Shown: positions 48,658-57,700 of the stretch, piece by piece | How positions within the stretch are numbered: the first letter of the stretch is position 1 | Layout: the number at the start of each line of letters is the position of its first letter | Virus record (IMG/VR): IMGVR_UViG_3300009419_000019 | Span: 1 to 61,249 of that record | Direction: 5' to 3' (one strand) | DNA length: 61,249 nucleotides | Origin: a virus | Lineage: Duplodnaviria > Caudoviricetes | Notes under the pieces: model-generated | Told to the model about the DNA's origin: nothing | Databases searched by the model: none | The model's input: only the letters and a program-made list of their open reading frames with translations | Translations under genes and position numbers: made by a program

Positions 48658-48923
48658 AGTTCTTCATCCTCATCATCGTTGAGTGGGTCGATGGCCTTGG
48701 TGGGTTTGGCCTTGTAGCCAACGGGCGGGTGCCAGCGGTACACCCACTCTTGCGTGGCTTGGTCGGAAGTGATTTCCAAGTAGCCATGCTCAACACCTTC
48801 AAGCACGCTGTGGCCAACGACGGGAACACCTTTGCCCTTGAGTTGCTTGACCACATCCAGGGCAAAGAAGATGGGGTTGTTGAGCCATTCCCGGTGGCTC
48901 TTGCTGACGCGATGTTCAACCAT
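48654..48923 (-). CDS. Hypothetical protein with DPLNDDEDEEL tail
   Basis: GAGG RBS; operon packing. Confidence 0.65.
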   Translation of the reverse strand: MVEHRVSKSHREWLNNPIFFALDVVKQLKGKGVPVVGHSVLEGVEHGYLEITSDQATQEWVYRWHPPVGYKAKPTKAIDPLNDDEDEEL

Positions 48924-49782
48924 TGCTGAGCACCTCGCGTATCACGTTCAGGGCTTCAGCCACGCGCAGCAGTTCGACGTTTGCCTTGGCAACGCTCTCA
49001 CGCATCTTGTCGAGCTTGGGGACGTGATCGCTGCTGCCTTTGGACAGACGCACACCAACGGCTTCGGGCTTCATGATGTAGCGAGGTGGGTAGAAGCACT
49101 CTTCGAGTTCGGAGCGGGTCATGCGCATCGTGTTGCCCATGTCGGTGACGACGTGTGCCAACGTGCCGAGACCGTGCTTTGCGACGGAGAAGTCTGTGAT
49201 CACAGCGTTGCCCATGCGGCGACCGTCACGTGTCAGGAGTTGTGCGTACTGGCACTGGTAACCATCGGTGCCAGAGAGCAACTCGAAATCGGCCCACTCT
49301 GGCAACTGCGCTGGCAGATCGGTCTCGCCACCGAACGTGTCACGCAAATCACGACGGTCATTGATGTCAGGTTCAGGCAAGACCATGGGTGGCTTGTTAA
49401 CCACTTGCACATCGCGTTCTGCGATCAACTCCGTGTTGAGGCACGGGACAACCGTCGGATCGCTCTCACGACGAACCATCCGATGTGAGTAGCCCAGCAC
49501 CTTCATCAGTCGGTACAGGTTCTCGGTGCTGGCTGCGATCACGGTGAGGTCATCGTCAAAGTGCTTGAAGCCGAAGTGCATGGCCAGTTCTTCAGCCCAG
49601 GACTTCTCTTCTTCGACGCTGGTGGTGGGCAGCTTGTCGAGGTCTTCGAGTTGATCTGCGAGTTCGAACAACCACTGTGGGCCTTCGTCCCAGGTGTTCA
49701 ACGCACGGTTGAGTGCGAGCTTGAAGTCAGCCAAGCGGTCAGAGTGAATGTTGAGGTGGATCATGGTGCGGGGTGCTTTCAC
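48916..49782 (-). CDS. Hypothetical protein
   Basis: 288 aa; LLTRDGRRMGNAV segment; codon usage. Confidence 0.7.
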   Translation of the reverse strand: MKAPRTMIHLNIHSDRLADFKLALNRALNTWDEGPQWLFELADQLEDLDKLPTTSVEEEKSWAEELAMHFGFKHFDDDLTVIAASTENLYRLMKVLGYSHRMVRRESDPTVVPCLNTELIAERDVQVVNKPPMVLPEPDINDRRDLRDTFGGETDLPAQLPEWADFELLSGTDGYQCQYAQLLTRDGRRMGNAVITDFSVAKHGLGTLAHVVTDMGNTMRMTRSELEECFYPPRYIMKPEAVGVRLSKGSSDHVPKLDKMRESVAKANVELLRVAEALNVIREVLSNG

Positions 49783-50216
49783 AGTGAGTTGCGGTCAATG
49801 ATGATGGGCGGGAAGGTCTTGCCTCGGATGCGCAGCGAGGCTTGTTGGTACTCGGGGGTGTCTCGGTCTTGCTCGTCGCCCACCCACAGGATGCGGTCGG
49901 CGTAGGCGTACCAGCCAACCATGCATGTCGGCAGTTGCGGCAGGATGAGCACACCACTGACACACATTGTGGTGATGCGTTGCCAGTGCCGCAGCAGAGA
50001 TTGGATCGAGACATGCCCGTGGTAATCAACGATGGGCATGTTCACGGAGTCGCAATACTTCGCTACGGCGAGACCTTGAGAGATCGTCTCAACGAAGATG
50101 ATGGACAAGCCGGTGGCGGCAACTTGGGCGAGCGTGGTCATGATGAGGTGAGGTTCAAAAGCAAATCTGCGGTTATTGATCTGTGCGAGGTACGGTGCTG
50201 CGTGGTCAGAGCGCAT
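49779..50216 (-). CDS. Hypothetical protein
   Basis: Fills the gap between coupled genes; start uncertain. Confidence 0.5.
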   Translation of the reverse strand: MRSDHAAPYLAQINNRRFAFEPHLIMTTLAQVAATGLSIIFVETISQGLAVAKYCDSVNMPIVDYHGHVSIQSLLRHWQRITTMCVSGVLILPQLPTCMVGWYAYADRILWVGDEQDRDTPEYQQASLRIRGKTFPPIIIDRNSL

Positions 50217-50547
50217 TGGCATCCCGCAGCTTCTTGAGTTGGGCGAGTCCGATGTCGAGGATCTTGTCGCTGTGCAACCGTGTGTCGAGGATCTGTTGCG
50301 AACGCATGGCGGCGAAGCACACAAGACGCTCTTGCTCGGTGCAATCAGGGTGAATCTGAAGCAAGGCCACACGGGCCACGGCTTGAGCACACCATTCAAC
50401 CGCTTGTGGATACGACGCACATGCGTGATGGCTTGGATCGCTTGCAGGGTCAGCCATGGTGGTCGGGAACACCACGTACCAAGGGCCGATCTGACGACCA
50501 ATGCGGCAGACGCGACGGGCAGCGATGAGGGCGAGTTGCTTGTTCAT
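50206..50547 (-). CDS. Hypothetical protein
   Basis: AAAGCACCATG start context. Confidence 0.6.
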   Translation of the reverse strand: MNKQLALIAARRVCRIGRQIGPWYVVFPTTMADPASDPSHHACASYPQAVEWCAQAVARVALLQIHPDCTEQERLVCFAAMRSQQILDTRLHSDKILDIGLAQLKKLRDANAL

Positions 50548-50885
50548 GGTGCTTTAGGCACTGGTCGTGCTTTGTGATGCTCGATGAACTCCATGGGGGT
50601 GGAGAAGACGGCTTCGTGGTCTTTAGGCAGCTTGTGTTCAGGAGGTTGGAACTTGGCGACGTTGCTGCGGTAGATCGCCAATCCCGCACACCGGCTACCG
50701 GCATGCACGTGACACTCAACCACTTGATCAGAGTGGCACAGACGTGCGTACTCTTCAGGGCTCGCCCCACCCAGCCAACCGTTCAAAGCGTCACGACGCA
50801 GAGGGCAGTCTGTGCATGCCTTGGCGAGTTGTTTCTTGGCCGGTGCTGCCTCACCTCGTGCCACAAGTTTTCCGAGTTTGTTCAT
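50544..50885 (-). CDS. Cys/His-rich protein (DUF6283-like)
   Basis: C..CP.RRD, CH and CAG pattern. Confidence 0.55.
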   Translation of the reverse strand: MNKLGKLVARGEAAPAKKQLAKACTDCPLRRDALNGWLGGASPEEYARLCHSDQVVECHVHAGSRCAGLAIYRSNVAKFQPPEHKLPKDHEAVFSTPMEFIEHHKARPVPKAP

Positions 50886-50892
50886 GGTGCTT

Positions 50893-51216
50893 TCAGTCTT
50901 TGACGTACCCGTAGCTGATGCCACGTTGAATGTTGAGTACGGTGTTGACGCTGATGCCGGTGATCGCAGCAACGTCACTGCCACGGTTGGTCTTGAGCAG
51001 TGTGCGGATCTCGCGCACTTGGTCGTCTGTCAGGGAGCCTCGGCGGCCACGGATCTTGACTTCCTTTGGCTGCATGCGAGCCTGGGTCTTCTCGCGCTGC
51101 TCTTTGTAGTAATGAGCCTCGTCTGCCTTGGAGATGTTGAGGTGAGGCATGCCGAACTCGTAGGACGCTGGTGACGCGACCTTGCTGTCTCGGCTGGGCT
51201 GGTGACGTTTGGCCAT
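50893..51216 (-). CDS. HTH DNA-binding protein
   Basis: LTDDQVREIR...VAAITGISVNTVLNIQRG. Confidence 0.6.
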   Translation of the reverse strand: MAKRHQPSRDSKVASPASYEFGMPHLNISKADEAHYYKEQREKTQARMQPKEVKIRGRRGSLTDDQVREIRTLLKTNRGSDVAAITGISVNTVLNIQRGISYGYVKD

Positions 51217-51223
51217 GGTGCTT

Positions 51224-51421
51224 TCAGTTGTTAACTGGTTTCCAACGACCCTTGGCAGACTTGCGTTGCCACACGCTGACGTTGGGTGCGCACTTGCTGT
51301 GGTTGTAGCCACAAAGCAAGTCGATGACGATCTGCCAGTTGTCCCAAAAAGAGACCATGGGGCCATCGCATGTGTGCGTGAGCACGGCAAATCGTGACGT
51401 GGGTTGGACGATGTATGCCAT
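51224..51421 (-). CDS. Hypothetical protein
   Basis: TGAAAGCACCATG start context. Confidence 0.55.
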   Translation of the reverse strand: MAYIVQPTSRFAVLTHTCDGPMVSFWDNWQIVIDLLCGYNHSKCAPNVSVWQRKSAKGRWKPVNN

Positions 51422-51428
51422 GGTGCTT

Positions 51429-51659
51429 TCAGGCGATCTTGGGGATGCGGGCAAGCACGTCACGCAACTCGACATGGCCGACGTAGCGTGCTCCATCACC
51501 CGTGGCCTTGCGAGCATCTTCCAGCAGCTTGTCTGCCACTTCGAGTTGCTTGGCCAGTTCGGCATACGTGGGCACGTCGGTGAGGTGCGAGCGGTTGAAC
51601 ATGCGGATCTCGGTGTCGTTGTCTTCAATCAAGCACGACTTGTTTTCTTCGAGGTTCAT
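51429..51659 (-). CDS. Hypothetical protein
   Basis: GGAG RBS downstream of a promoter. Confidence 0.65.
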   Translation of the reverse strand: MNLEENKSCLIEDNDTEIRMFNRSHLTDVPTYAELAKQLEVADKLLEDARKATGDGARYVGHVELRDVLARIPKIA

Positions 51660-51696
51660 GGCGGGGTTCTCCGGTATTGCGTGTTGCGATGTAGCA

Positions 51697-51726
51697 ATTA
51701 TTGACGATAGACGCGGCGTCTGTCAA
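51697..51726 (-). promoter_or_regulatory. Sigma70-like leftward promoter
   Basis: Minus strand TTGACA-N18-AATAAT in an intergenic gap. Confidence 0.65.
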
Positions 51727-51731
51727 CAACC

Positions 51732-52043
51732 CTACGTCGCAGTAGGAGATTCGCTTCCGTTGAGTTTGTAGCACCACACCCAGGAAGGAAAGCCCCTGCT
51801 GTGCATGTCACCCAGGCCAATGCGGCAACGAGAAAGTCGCCCATTCTTCTGCATCATGCTTAGGTCTTTACCGAGTTGACGACAACGATGTGCCCCGTAA
51901 ACCTGAGGAACAAAGTTGGCACCTGTCGCTTCAATGTACGCATCGACAAAATGCTGTGCGCATACGTCTACTGTGTACATGACACTGAACGAACGAACCT
52001 TCAGGTACGACTCGATCCATGCATAGCGATCAGCCGGTTTCAT
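51732..52043 (-). CDS. Hypothetical protein
   Basis: AGGAG RBS. Confidence 0.65.
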   Translation of the reverse strand: MKPADRYAWIESYLKVRSFSVMYTVDVCAQHFVDAYIEATGANFVPQVYGAHRCRQLGKDLSMMQKNGRLSRCRIGLGDMHSRGFPSWVWCYKLNGSESPTAT

Positions 52044-52252
52044 GTCGTCTCCTTGACGTGCTTGTTGCCATCCTCAACAGCAACGCGCACGCACTGCCCG
52101 TGAACCCGATGGTCGGTGCCACCAGGGTCACGAACGAGGTCGAAGTAGAAGAGGCCCAAGCCCTTGCCTGGGGCACGTTGAAGCTGCTTGAGACAAACCC
52201 AACAGATCGACGGTGCCCCTGACCCCTGACGTGATCGGGCCTTGCTCATCAC
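52040..52252 (-). CDS. Small Cys/His protein
   Basis: CWVC...VH..C pattern; coupled to neighbours. Confidence 0.6.
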   Translation of the reverse strand: MMSKARSRQGSGAPSICWVCLKQLQRAPGKGLGLFYFDLVRDPGGTDHRVHGQCVRVAVEDGNKHVKETT

Positions 52253-53325
52253 AGGCTCTCGTCGTCGTCTTCGTTGAGGGGATCGACGGCATTGGCCTTG
52301 ACCGCAGCTTTGGCTTCTTCCTTGGCCTCGCGCTTGAGGTCAGAGAGGGACTTGTAGCCGCCGAACTCGGCCATCAGGGCCACCAGCATGTCGGCGTAGG
52401 TGCGAGCGGTCAGCCACATCACAGCGGCGATCTGGTCGTCCTTGGTCTCGGTCTCGCCGTACTCGATCTTGGCGGCACCGTCGTCGAACTTCAGACGCTT
52501 GAAGACCATCTTGTCGCTGAGCGTGAACGACAGCAGGCGGCTCTCGTCGTTGCCGGTGGGGTCGTAGCTCAGCCCGAGTTCATGCACGTCGTAGGCTTGC
52601 TTGAGCAGTTGCACAACGTCGTGCCCTTCAACGTCCTTGTCCTTGATGCGGATCGTCTGCTTGCCCTCACCACGCAGCACCGCGTTGTCGGTGATCATGA
52701 ACTGCTGGTGCTCGTCGCTGTTGAAGCCGTCCTTGGCCACAGCGGTCATCTGGCCAACCAGGGAGTTCTCAGGGGTGACGAAGGCCCACGTGGTTGCGGT
52801 CTGCGACTGAGCATCGAACAGGGCACGCAGGATGGCCACTGTGTCTTCAGCACGCTTGGGCGATGTGGTGCAGATCAGCACCAGCTTTTGCTTGGCGATG
52901 AAGATCACGGGTGTGACCGAGCGACGCAAGAACGCCTTGGGCAGCAGCGAGAACTCGACCTCTTCCTTGAGCATCGCGTAGTCCTTCTTGCCGATGGCAC
53001 GACCCTCGCGTTCGTTGAACTTCTGCACCTCTTTGGCGAGGTACTCATCCCGCACGGTCGAGGGCAGGATGCGTTCGTTGAACTGCACGGCCATCAGGTG
53101 CTTGCCCGGTTCGATCTCGTAGATCAGATCGTCCTTGAACGCGTTGATCAGGCCCGCCGAACGCCATGAAGTAGGGGAGGGGTCTTGTGACAGGAAGGGT
53201 TCGATGGAAACACCCTTGTCTCGGATGCCCTGAGCAATCAGGTTGAGGTTGTTGTCCTTGAGCACGTTGAAGACCGCAGGCTGTGTCAGCACAGGGATGA
53301 AGGAGGTGAACTTGAGTTTGGCCAT
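52249..53325 (-). CDS. rdgC: Recombination-associated protein RdgC
   Basis: ERILPSTV, EGRAIGKKD...LKEEV...LLPKAF, SPKRAED and LSFTL motifs. Confidence 0.85.
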   Translation of the reverse strand: MAKLKFTSFIPVLTQPAVFNVLKDNNLNLIAQGIRDKGVSIEPFLSQDPSPTSWRSAGLINAFKDDLIYEIEPGKHLMAVQFNERILPSTVRDEYLAKEVQKFNEREGRAIGKKDYAMLKEEVEFSLLPKAFLRRSVTPVIFIAKQKLVLICTTSPKRAEDTVAILRALFDAQSQTATTWAFVTPENSLVGQMTAVAKDGFNSDEHQQFMITDNAVLRGEGKQTIRIKDKDVEGHDVVQLLKQAYDVHELGLSYDPTGNDESRLLSFTLSDKMVFKRLKFDDGAAKIEYGETETKDDQIAAVMWLTARTYADMLVALMAEFGGYKSLSDLKREAKEEAKAAVKANAVDPLNEDDDESL

Positions 53326-53363
53326 GATGGTGTGTTGTGGTTGGGTGAACAGGATGTGGAGAC

Positions 53364-53771
53364 TCAGGGCAAGAGAACGCCCGACTGAGCCAACGAGATG
53401 CCCAGGGCGATGCCGACGACCATGCCCGTGCTGAATGCTGCCCAGGCCAAGCGGTTGATCGCGTCATCGTTGATGCCCGTGGGCTTGGGGAACAGGTAGC
53501 CGTGCAGGTCAGCATGGTCAGAGGGTTGCTCGACCCACTTGATGTAGTGATCACGCTCACCGTTGATGCGACCGAGTTCGGTGATCGAGATGACACGGCC
53601 ATCGCGGCGGTGCCGGTCGATCTTGGAAAGCTCTTGCCACACGGGTGACAGCGGCCCTTCGGACTGCGCGATGTTGCGAGCCTTGTGCTCGATGTCGCGG
53701 GATTCACGGTCGGTGATGCGACGTGCGTGCTCGGTGAAGTTGTAGAGGTTGGTGGTCTCGGGTTTGTTCAT
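53364..53771 (-). CDS. Hypothetical protein with C-terminal TM segment
   Basis: GGAG RBS; hydrophobic C-terminus. Confidence 0.6.
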   Translation of the reverse strand: MNKPETTNLYNFTEHARRITDRESRDIEHKARNIAQSEGPLSPVWQELSKIDRHRRDGRVISITELGRINGERDHYIKWVEQPSDHADLHGYLFPKPTGINDDAINRLAWAAFSTGMVVGIALGISLAQSGVLLP

Positions 53772-53880
53772 GGGAGGCTCCAAAGTGAGAAGTTGTAGCG
53801 GAGAACGTCGATCAGGTGAGTGCGGTTCAGACGCGTTTGCCGGTGCGCGTTGAGCAGCCAGTACATGATTTCGAGTTCGG

Positions 53881-54459
53881 TCATTTGCGCAAGTTCTCTT
53901 TGCTGTACTCAACGTCGAGGTGCAGCAGTTCTTCTTGGCTTTCGCTGTAGCACCAGTCGAACTTGGTTGTCAGTGGCAGCGACAACACCTCGCACAAGAG
54001 CTTTTCGATGTGACCGATGCTGATGCGACCGGAGATGGTGGTCTTCTCGGTGACGACGGTCTCGCGCTTGATGGAGTTGACCAAGGCGACTTGGGCGTTG
54101 AGAGTTGGCGTGGCGTCAGGGATGGGGTTGTAGGGCGTGGCCATGGTGTTCTCCGTTGGTTGTTGTTCACTGTCGATGTTCATGAGGGCTTCTCGGCATG
54201 CTTCTCCAACTTTGTGGAGGCTATGTGTCAACACCTCAGAGACCCTCGAACAGCCACCGTGTGTCTTCAGGATGCTCTTCGCTGCATTTTTTCCAATCTT
54301 GCTGCACACGAGCACGATCAGTAGTTCAACGTCGTTATGGTCTGGAAACAAGGCAGTGCGAATGAAATCTCGCTCTTCGTCTGTGAACGTGACAGGCTTC
54401 GGTCTTGCGATACCGAAGGCTTCTTCATCAATGGGGGGCATAGGGGCCATGGTGGGCAT
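53881..54459 (-). CDS. Hypothetical protein; possible internal start at 54145
   Basis: AAGGA RBS; internal in-frame GGAG...ATG (MATPYN). Confidence 0.6.
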   Translation of the reverse strand: MPTMAPMPPIDEEAFGIARPKPVTFTDEERDFIRTALFPDHNDVELLIVLVCSKIGKNAAKSILKTHGGCSRVSEVLTHSLHKVGEACREALMNIDSEQQPTENTMATPYNPIPDATPTLNAQVALVNSIKRETVVTEKTTISGRISIGHIEKLLCEVLSLPLTTKFDWCYSESQEELLHLDVEYSKENLRK

Positions 54460-54529
54460 CCTTAAAAAGTTTGGAACGGGCGAGGGTCACAAAGTAAGAA
54501 CGGGTTGCGGGTCAACCGTTTGTGGAATC

Positions 54530-54558
54530 ATTGTAGATGAGAAATCTGTCACCGACAA
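54530..54558 (-). promoter_or_regulatory. Sigma70-like leftward promoter with an operator-like site at 54512-54526
   Basis: Minus strand TTGTCG-N17-TACAAT. Confidence 0.6.
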
Positions 54559-54583
54559 TAGTTCCAGAGCACAAATTGAGAAG

Positions 54584-54850
54584 TTAGTTTGTTCGGGTGA
54601 TCAGCACGACCACGTAGATGTTGCCCATGGACGTGAGGGTCTCCGTCGTCTCCATGGTGTACTCATAGCCCGTGGCATCTTTGGCACGTTTGACCGCAGG
54701 GCTGAAGTTCTGGCGCAGCGTGCTCTTGGTCTCGTTGAGCAGATGCAGATCAGTCGGTGCGAACTGCTGAGCATGGCTGAAGGTCTCGCCCACTTCCAGG
54801 GCTGCGATCATGGCTCGAATGGAGGGCTTGGTTGTTTGGTCTTGGCTCAT
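54584..54850 (-). CDS. Hypothetical protein
   Basis: ATGA overlap; IAALEVGETFS. Confidence 0.65.
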   Translation of the reverse strand: MSQDQTTKPSIRAMIAALEVGETFSHAQQFAPTDLHLLNETKSTLRQNFSPAVKRAKDATGYEYTMETTETLTSMGNIYVVVLITRTN

Positions 54851-55149
54851 GATGGGTCTTTCTTCGTGATCATCGTTTTGAGTTTGTACTTCAGCGAGTC
54901 GCACATGAACGCTTCGGTCTTGGTGCTCGGGTTGTGCCATCGCACAGGCAGCAACGGCTGTTGTCGCGTAAGGGACTCGACGAAGAGACGCTGATACGGG
55001 AACGGGCTTGTTCGCAGTGCAGCGATGTCCCACTGGCCAATGGGCAACCACATACCAAAGCCCCAGGTGGCGAAGTTGCGCTGCATCACGATGTCCGTGA
55101 ACGCGCTGAGCTTGCGAGTGCTCGCGTAGATGTCGTCGATGTCGATCAT
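54847..55149 (-). CDS. Hypothetical protein (MIDIDDIY start)
   Basis: GAGG RBS; coupled to neighbours. Confidence 0.6.
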   Translation of the reverse strand: MIDIDDIYASTRKLSAFTDIVMQRNFATWGFGMWLPIGQWDIAALRTSPFPYQRLFVESLTRQQPLLPVRWHNPSTKTEAFMCDSLKYKLKTMITKKDPS

Positions 55150-55475
55150 TTGCGATACCTCTTCTGCTCGTTCTTCCATTGAGCGGTTTTGCGGGTGACA
55201 GTGAAGGTTGGGTAGAACCGTTCGCTGGCTTTGGCGAATTGATCATTCACCTGACCAAACCCTCGGTGAGCGAAAGCCATCTGCTCAATGTCATTCAACA
55301 ACCGTGCTGTTGGTGCTGCCCAAGATGAGGCAGATGGTTGAACGAACATAGGCACCCAACCTCGCATCGCACAGGAGAAGATCGCCATGTTCACCTGAAG
55401 TAACACCTTGTTGGTGAGATCCTTTTGCGAACCTGCTGCGTGGATCGCCTCGTAGATGTCGTCGATGTCGATCAT
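55146..55475 (-). CDS. Hypothetical protein (MIDIDDIY start)
   Basis: AAGGA RBS; coupled to neighbours. Confidence 0.6.
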   Translation of the reverse strand: MIDIDDIYEAIHAAGSQKDLTNKVLLQVNMAIFSCAMRGWVPMFVQPSASSWAAPTARLLNDIEQMAFAHRGFGQVNDQFAKASERFYPTFTVTRKTAQWKNEQKRYRK

Positions 55476-55906
55476 GATGGAAGCAAGTCCTTGAGGTTGT
55501 ACGGGTTGCGCAGGAGCACGATCTGGCATGGGCAATAGAACACGCTCATGCAGTCACGGATCGAGAACAACATCTGCCCCAGGTCTTTCTTGTTGTAGCG
55601 ATCACAGTCGTCGATCACGACCAGGGATGCGACACGCTGGGGAGGGTCTTTCATGATCTGCCGTGGCCATGTGACGCACTGAGGGTCGAGGCCGCGATGC
55701 TGAACCATGAACTTGCTCATCTGCTGGTTGATTGCGATGAACAGCGGCACCGTGAGACCTTGTGCGTGAAAGCCGTTGACCATGGCGCAACCGAGTGAGG
55801 TCACGCCGGTTTGACGTTCACCGGCTGTGCCGATGTTGATGATGGCAATGTTGGTCATAGGGTGGTACGGGTAAAAGGGTGGTAGGGCTTTTCTGAGAGG
55901 GGTCAA
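55472..55906 (-). CDS. Hypothetical protein, possibly a degenerate P-loop fold
   Basis: GERQTGVT and LVVIDD resemble Walker A and B. Confidence 0.5.
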   Translation of the reverse strand: MTPLRKALPPFYPYHPMTNIAIINIGTAGERQTGVTSLGCAMVNGFHAQGLTVPLFIAINQQMSKFMVQHRGLDPQCVTWPRQIMKDPPQRVASLVVIDDCDRYNKKDLGQMLFSIRDCMSVFYCPCQIVLLRNPYNLKDLLPS

Positions 55907-56430
55907 CCCTGGGTAGGTTGCTGGGCCTCGATATTGGCCAGGAGGGCGCGTGCGCGTTCCATGCTCTCGAAAGCCTGAGCACCTGTGCTGGTGAGTTCGC
56001 GCAGCAGGTTGAACATGCGCTGAGCGTTAATGATCAATGCGACGTTCTGCCGCATGCGCTGAACATGCTCGGGCTTATGTTGAACCTTCTCACCAAAGAA
56101 GCCAGCAATATGACCATAGGGTTGAGCGTGAACTGCTGCGACTCGTGCGCCAGTGTTGTCGATAATTCGACACCCAAGATCAGTCTCCATACCAATGCGC
56201 CACCCGTCATCGTTAGGCACGCTTGAACCTTGGATGCGCTCGCAGCGATCAACGATGTCCTGCATGTCCGACGTGCGAGGCACAGCAGGGTTGTCGGTGG
56301 TGAGGTAGACCGTGGTGTTGGTCTTGAGGTCTTTGGGCAGGCTGCTTGCGCCGTCCTTGAGGTGCAGCAGCACAGCATTGGACAGGTGGTACAGGGTCGA
56401 GACGTTGAACGCCTGAGTGGTGAAGGTCAT
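55903..56430 (-). CDS. Hypothetical protein, first gene of the leftward operon
   Basis: AAGGAG RBS after a promoter. Confidence 0.7.
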   Translation of the reverse strand: MTFTTQAFNVSTLYHLSNAVLLHLKDGASSLPKDLKTNTTVYLTTDNPAVPRTSDMQDIVDRCERIQGSSVPNDDGWRIGMETDLGCRIIDNTGARVAAVHAQPYGHIAGFFGEKVQHKPEHVQRMRQNVALIINAQRMFNLLRELTSTGAQAFESMERARALLANIEAQQPTQG

Positions 56431-56448
56431 CTGGTGCTCCTTGGTGCG

Positions 56449-56501
56449 ATGTATTCAGTGAATATATCGACGATCATCGTTGTAGATGTACCCTCTGTCA
56501 A
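56449..56501 (-). promoter_or_regulatory. Leftward sigma70-like promoter with copy 3 of the 19-bp palindrome at the expected start site
   Basis: Minus strand TTGACA-N17-GATGAT, then ATATATTCACTGAATACAT (56449-56467). Confidence 0.65.
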
Positions 56502-56888
56502 CACCCTGATTGCATTTTGTCGTCGAAAGTTCCTTCGATGTTTGGAACAGGCCAGGGTCACAAAGTAAGGCATGGCCAGGATTGGGCTTTCAGCCAGGGC
56601 CTTGCGTGGCCGGTCGTTCGATTTCAACGGCTGGCACGTCAGAAAATTTTGGAACGGGCCAGGGTCACAAAGTAAGGAAAGGGTTCGTGGTTGTTGCCGG
56701 GGTTGCGACGGGGGTGGAAGTTACTTCTGAAGCTGGCACGGTGGCGCCCTCTCACGTGCGAGATGTTCGCCTGCTTTTTCTGATCTGTTGCGCACAATCT
56801 AATCGCGTGCGGCTTGATCGTGTGCGGCTTGCCTATATAAGAATGTCGGCAGATGCGGCATGTGTCACACTTGCTTACACTTACCCGC

Positions 56889-56919
56889 TTGTCAGTGTTC
56901 GCATCTGGCATGCTAGAAT
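56889..56919 (+). promoter_or_regulatory. Rightward promoter with extended -10
   Basis: TTGTCA...TGcTAGAAT upstream of the gene at 56969. Confidence 0.55.
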
Positions 56920-56968
56920 CCAATCTAGCCAAGGCATCCCGCCTTGAATCCCTCAGTTAGGACTGAAC

Positions 56969-57568
56969 ATGGCAAACGCAAACACCCCCCGCGCCTATCG
57001 TGGCAAGTACCCGCACCGCATCAAAGCGGTTGTGTCGCATTCGTCCGATAAGGGCATGGTTCGCATTGAATCGAACGATGGCCAAACGTTTGGCTTTATC
57101 ACGGCCAAAGCCGCCACGTGGGCGCACGGTCAAGCCCGCATGCCTAAGCTGGGCGAAGACGCACGCGAATGGAATACGGTGCAAGACGCCTACGATGCCT
57201 TGGTTGCAAACGTGCGTTTGGGTTTGAAATGGGGCATTGAGGGTGCATTGTCGCAACCTTCCCCCATGTTTCAAGACACCGACCCATCTGGCAAAGTGAC
57301 TGCCTGCTTTGTGGCTTGCGCTATCACTCTTGGCCGTGAGGCGGCAACGCAAAACAAACCCGGTAACCCATTCAAAACCGCCGATGGTGCATTCAAGGCA
57401 TCGGGCCTTGAGTTTTGCCGGGATATGTTTGTGGCCGGTTTTCTCATGCACATGAGGGAGGTATACCCTAGCGGCGTGCCGGTTTGCCGTGATTCTGGTT
57501 TCGTACTGGTTGACGGTGTGAAACACGTTAACGCTGTGCGCGTTGTCGGTGTTGGTCTCATTGCATAA
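56969..57568 (+). CDS. Hypothetical protein
   Basis: AGGA RBS; first gene of the rightward operon. Confidence 0.7.
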   Translation: MANANTPRAYRGKYPHRIKAVVSHSSDKGMVRIESNDGQTFGFITAKAATWAHGQARMPKLGEDAREWNTVQDAYDALVANVRLGLKWGIEGALSQPSPMFQDTDPSGKVTACFVACAITLGREAATQNKPGNPFKTADGAFKASGLEFCRDMFVAGFLMHMREVYPSGVPVCRDSGFVLVDGVKHVNAVRVVGVGLIA

Positions 57569-57700
57569 GAGGCCCCCAAATGATCCCCCTCATTCTCACT
57601 TTGTGCGTTATCGGTGGCTGGGTTATCTCGCGCCCCGTTGTTCGCATGCTTGGCGTTTGAACGCCTATCAATTCCACAAACAGTTAAGAGGTGAACCGAA

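Larger units (their letters stand above)
54470..56676. repeat. Three copies of the 29-bp intergenic repeat TTTGGAACRGGCSAGGGTCACAAAGTAAG
   Basis: 54470-54498, 56541-56569, 56648-56676. Confidence 0.85.

Noticed and set aside
56639-56932. ORFs containing PYFVTLA as a peptide family
   Set aside because: The shared peptide is only the translation of the 29-bp DNA repeat; these ORFs lack RBS and coding bias and overlap promoters
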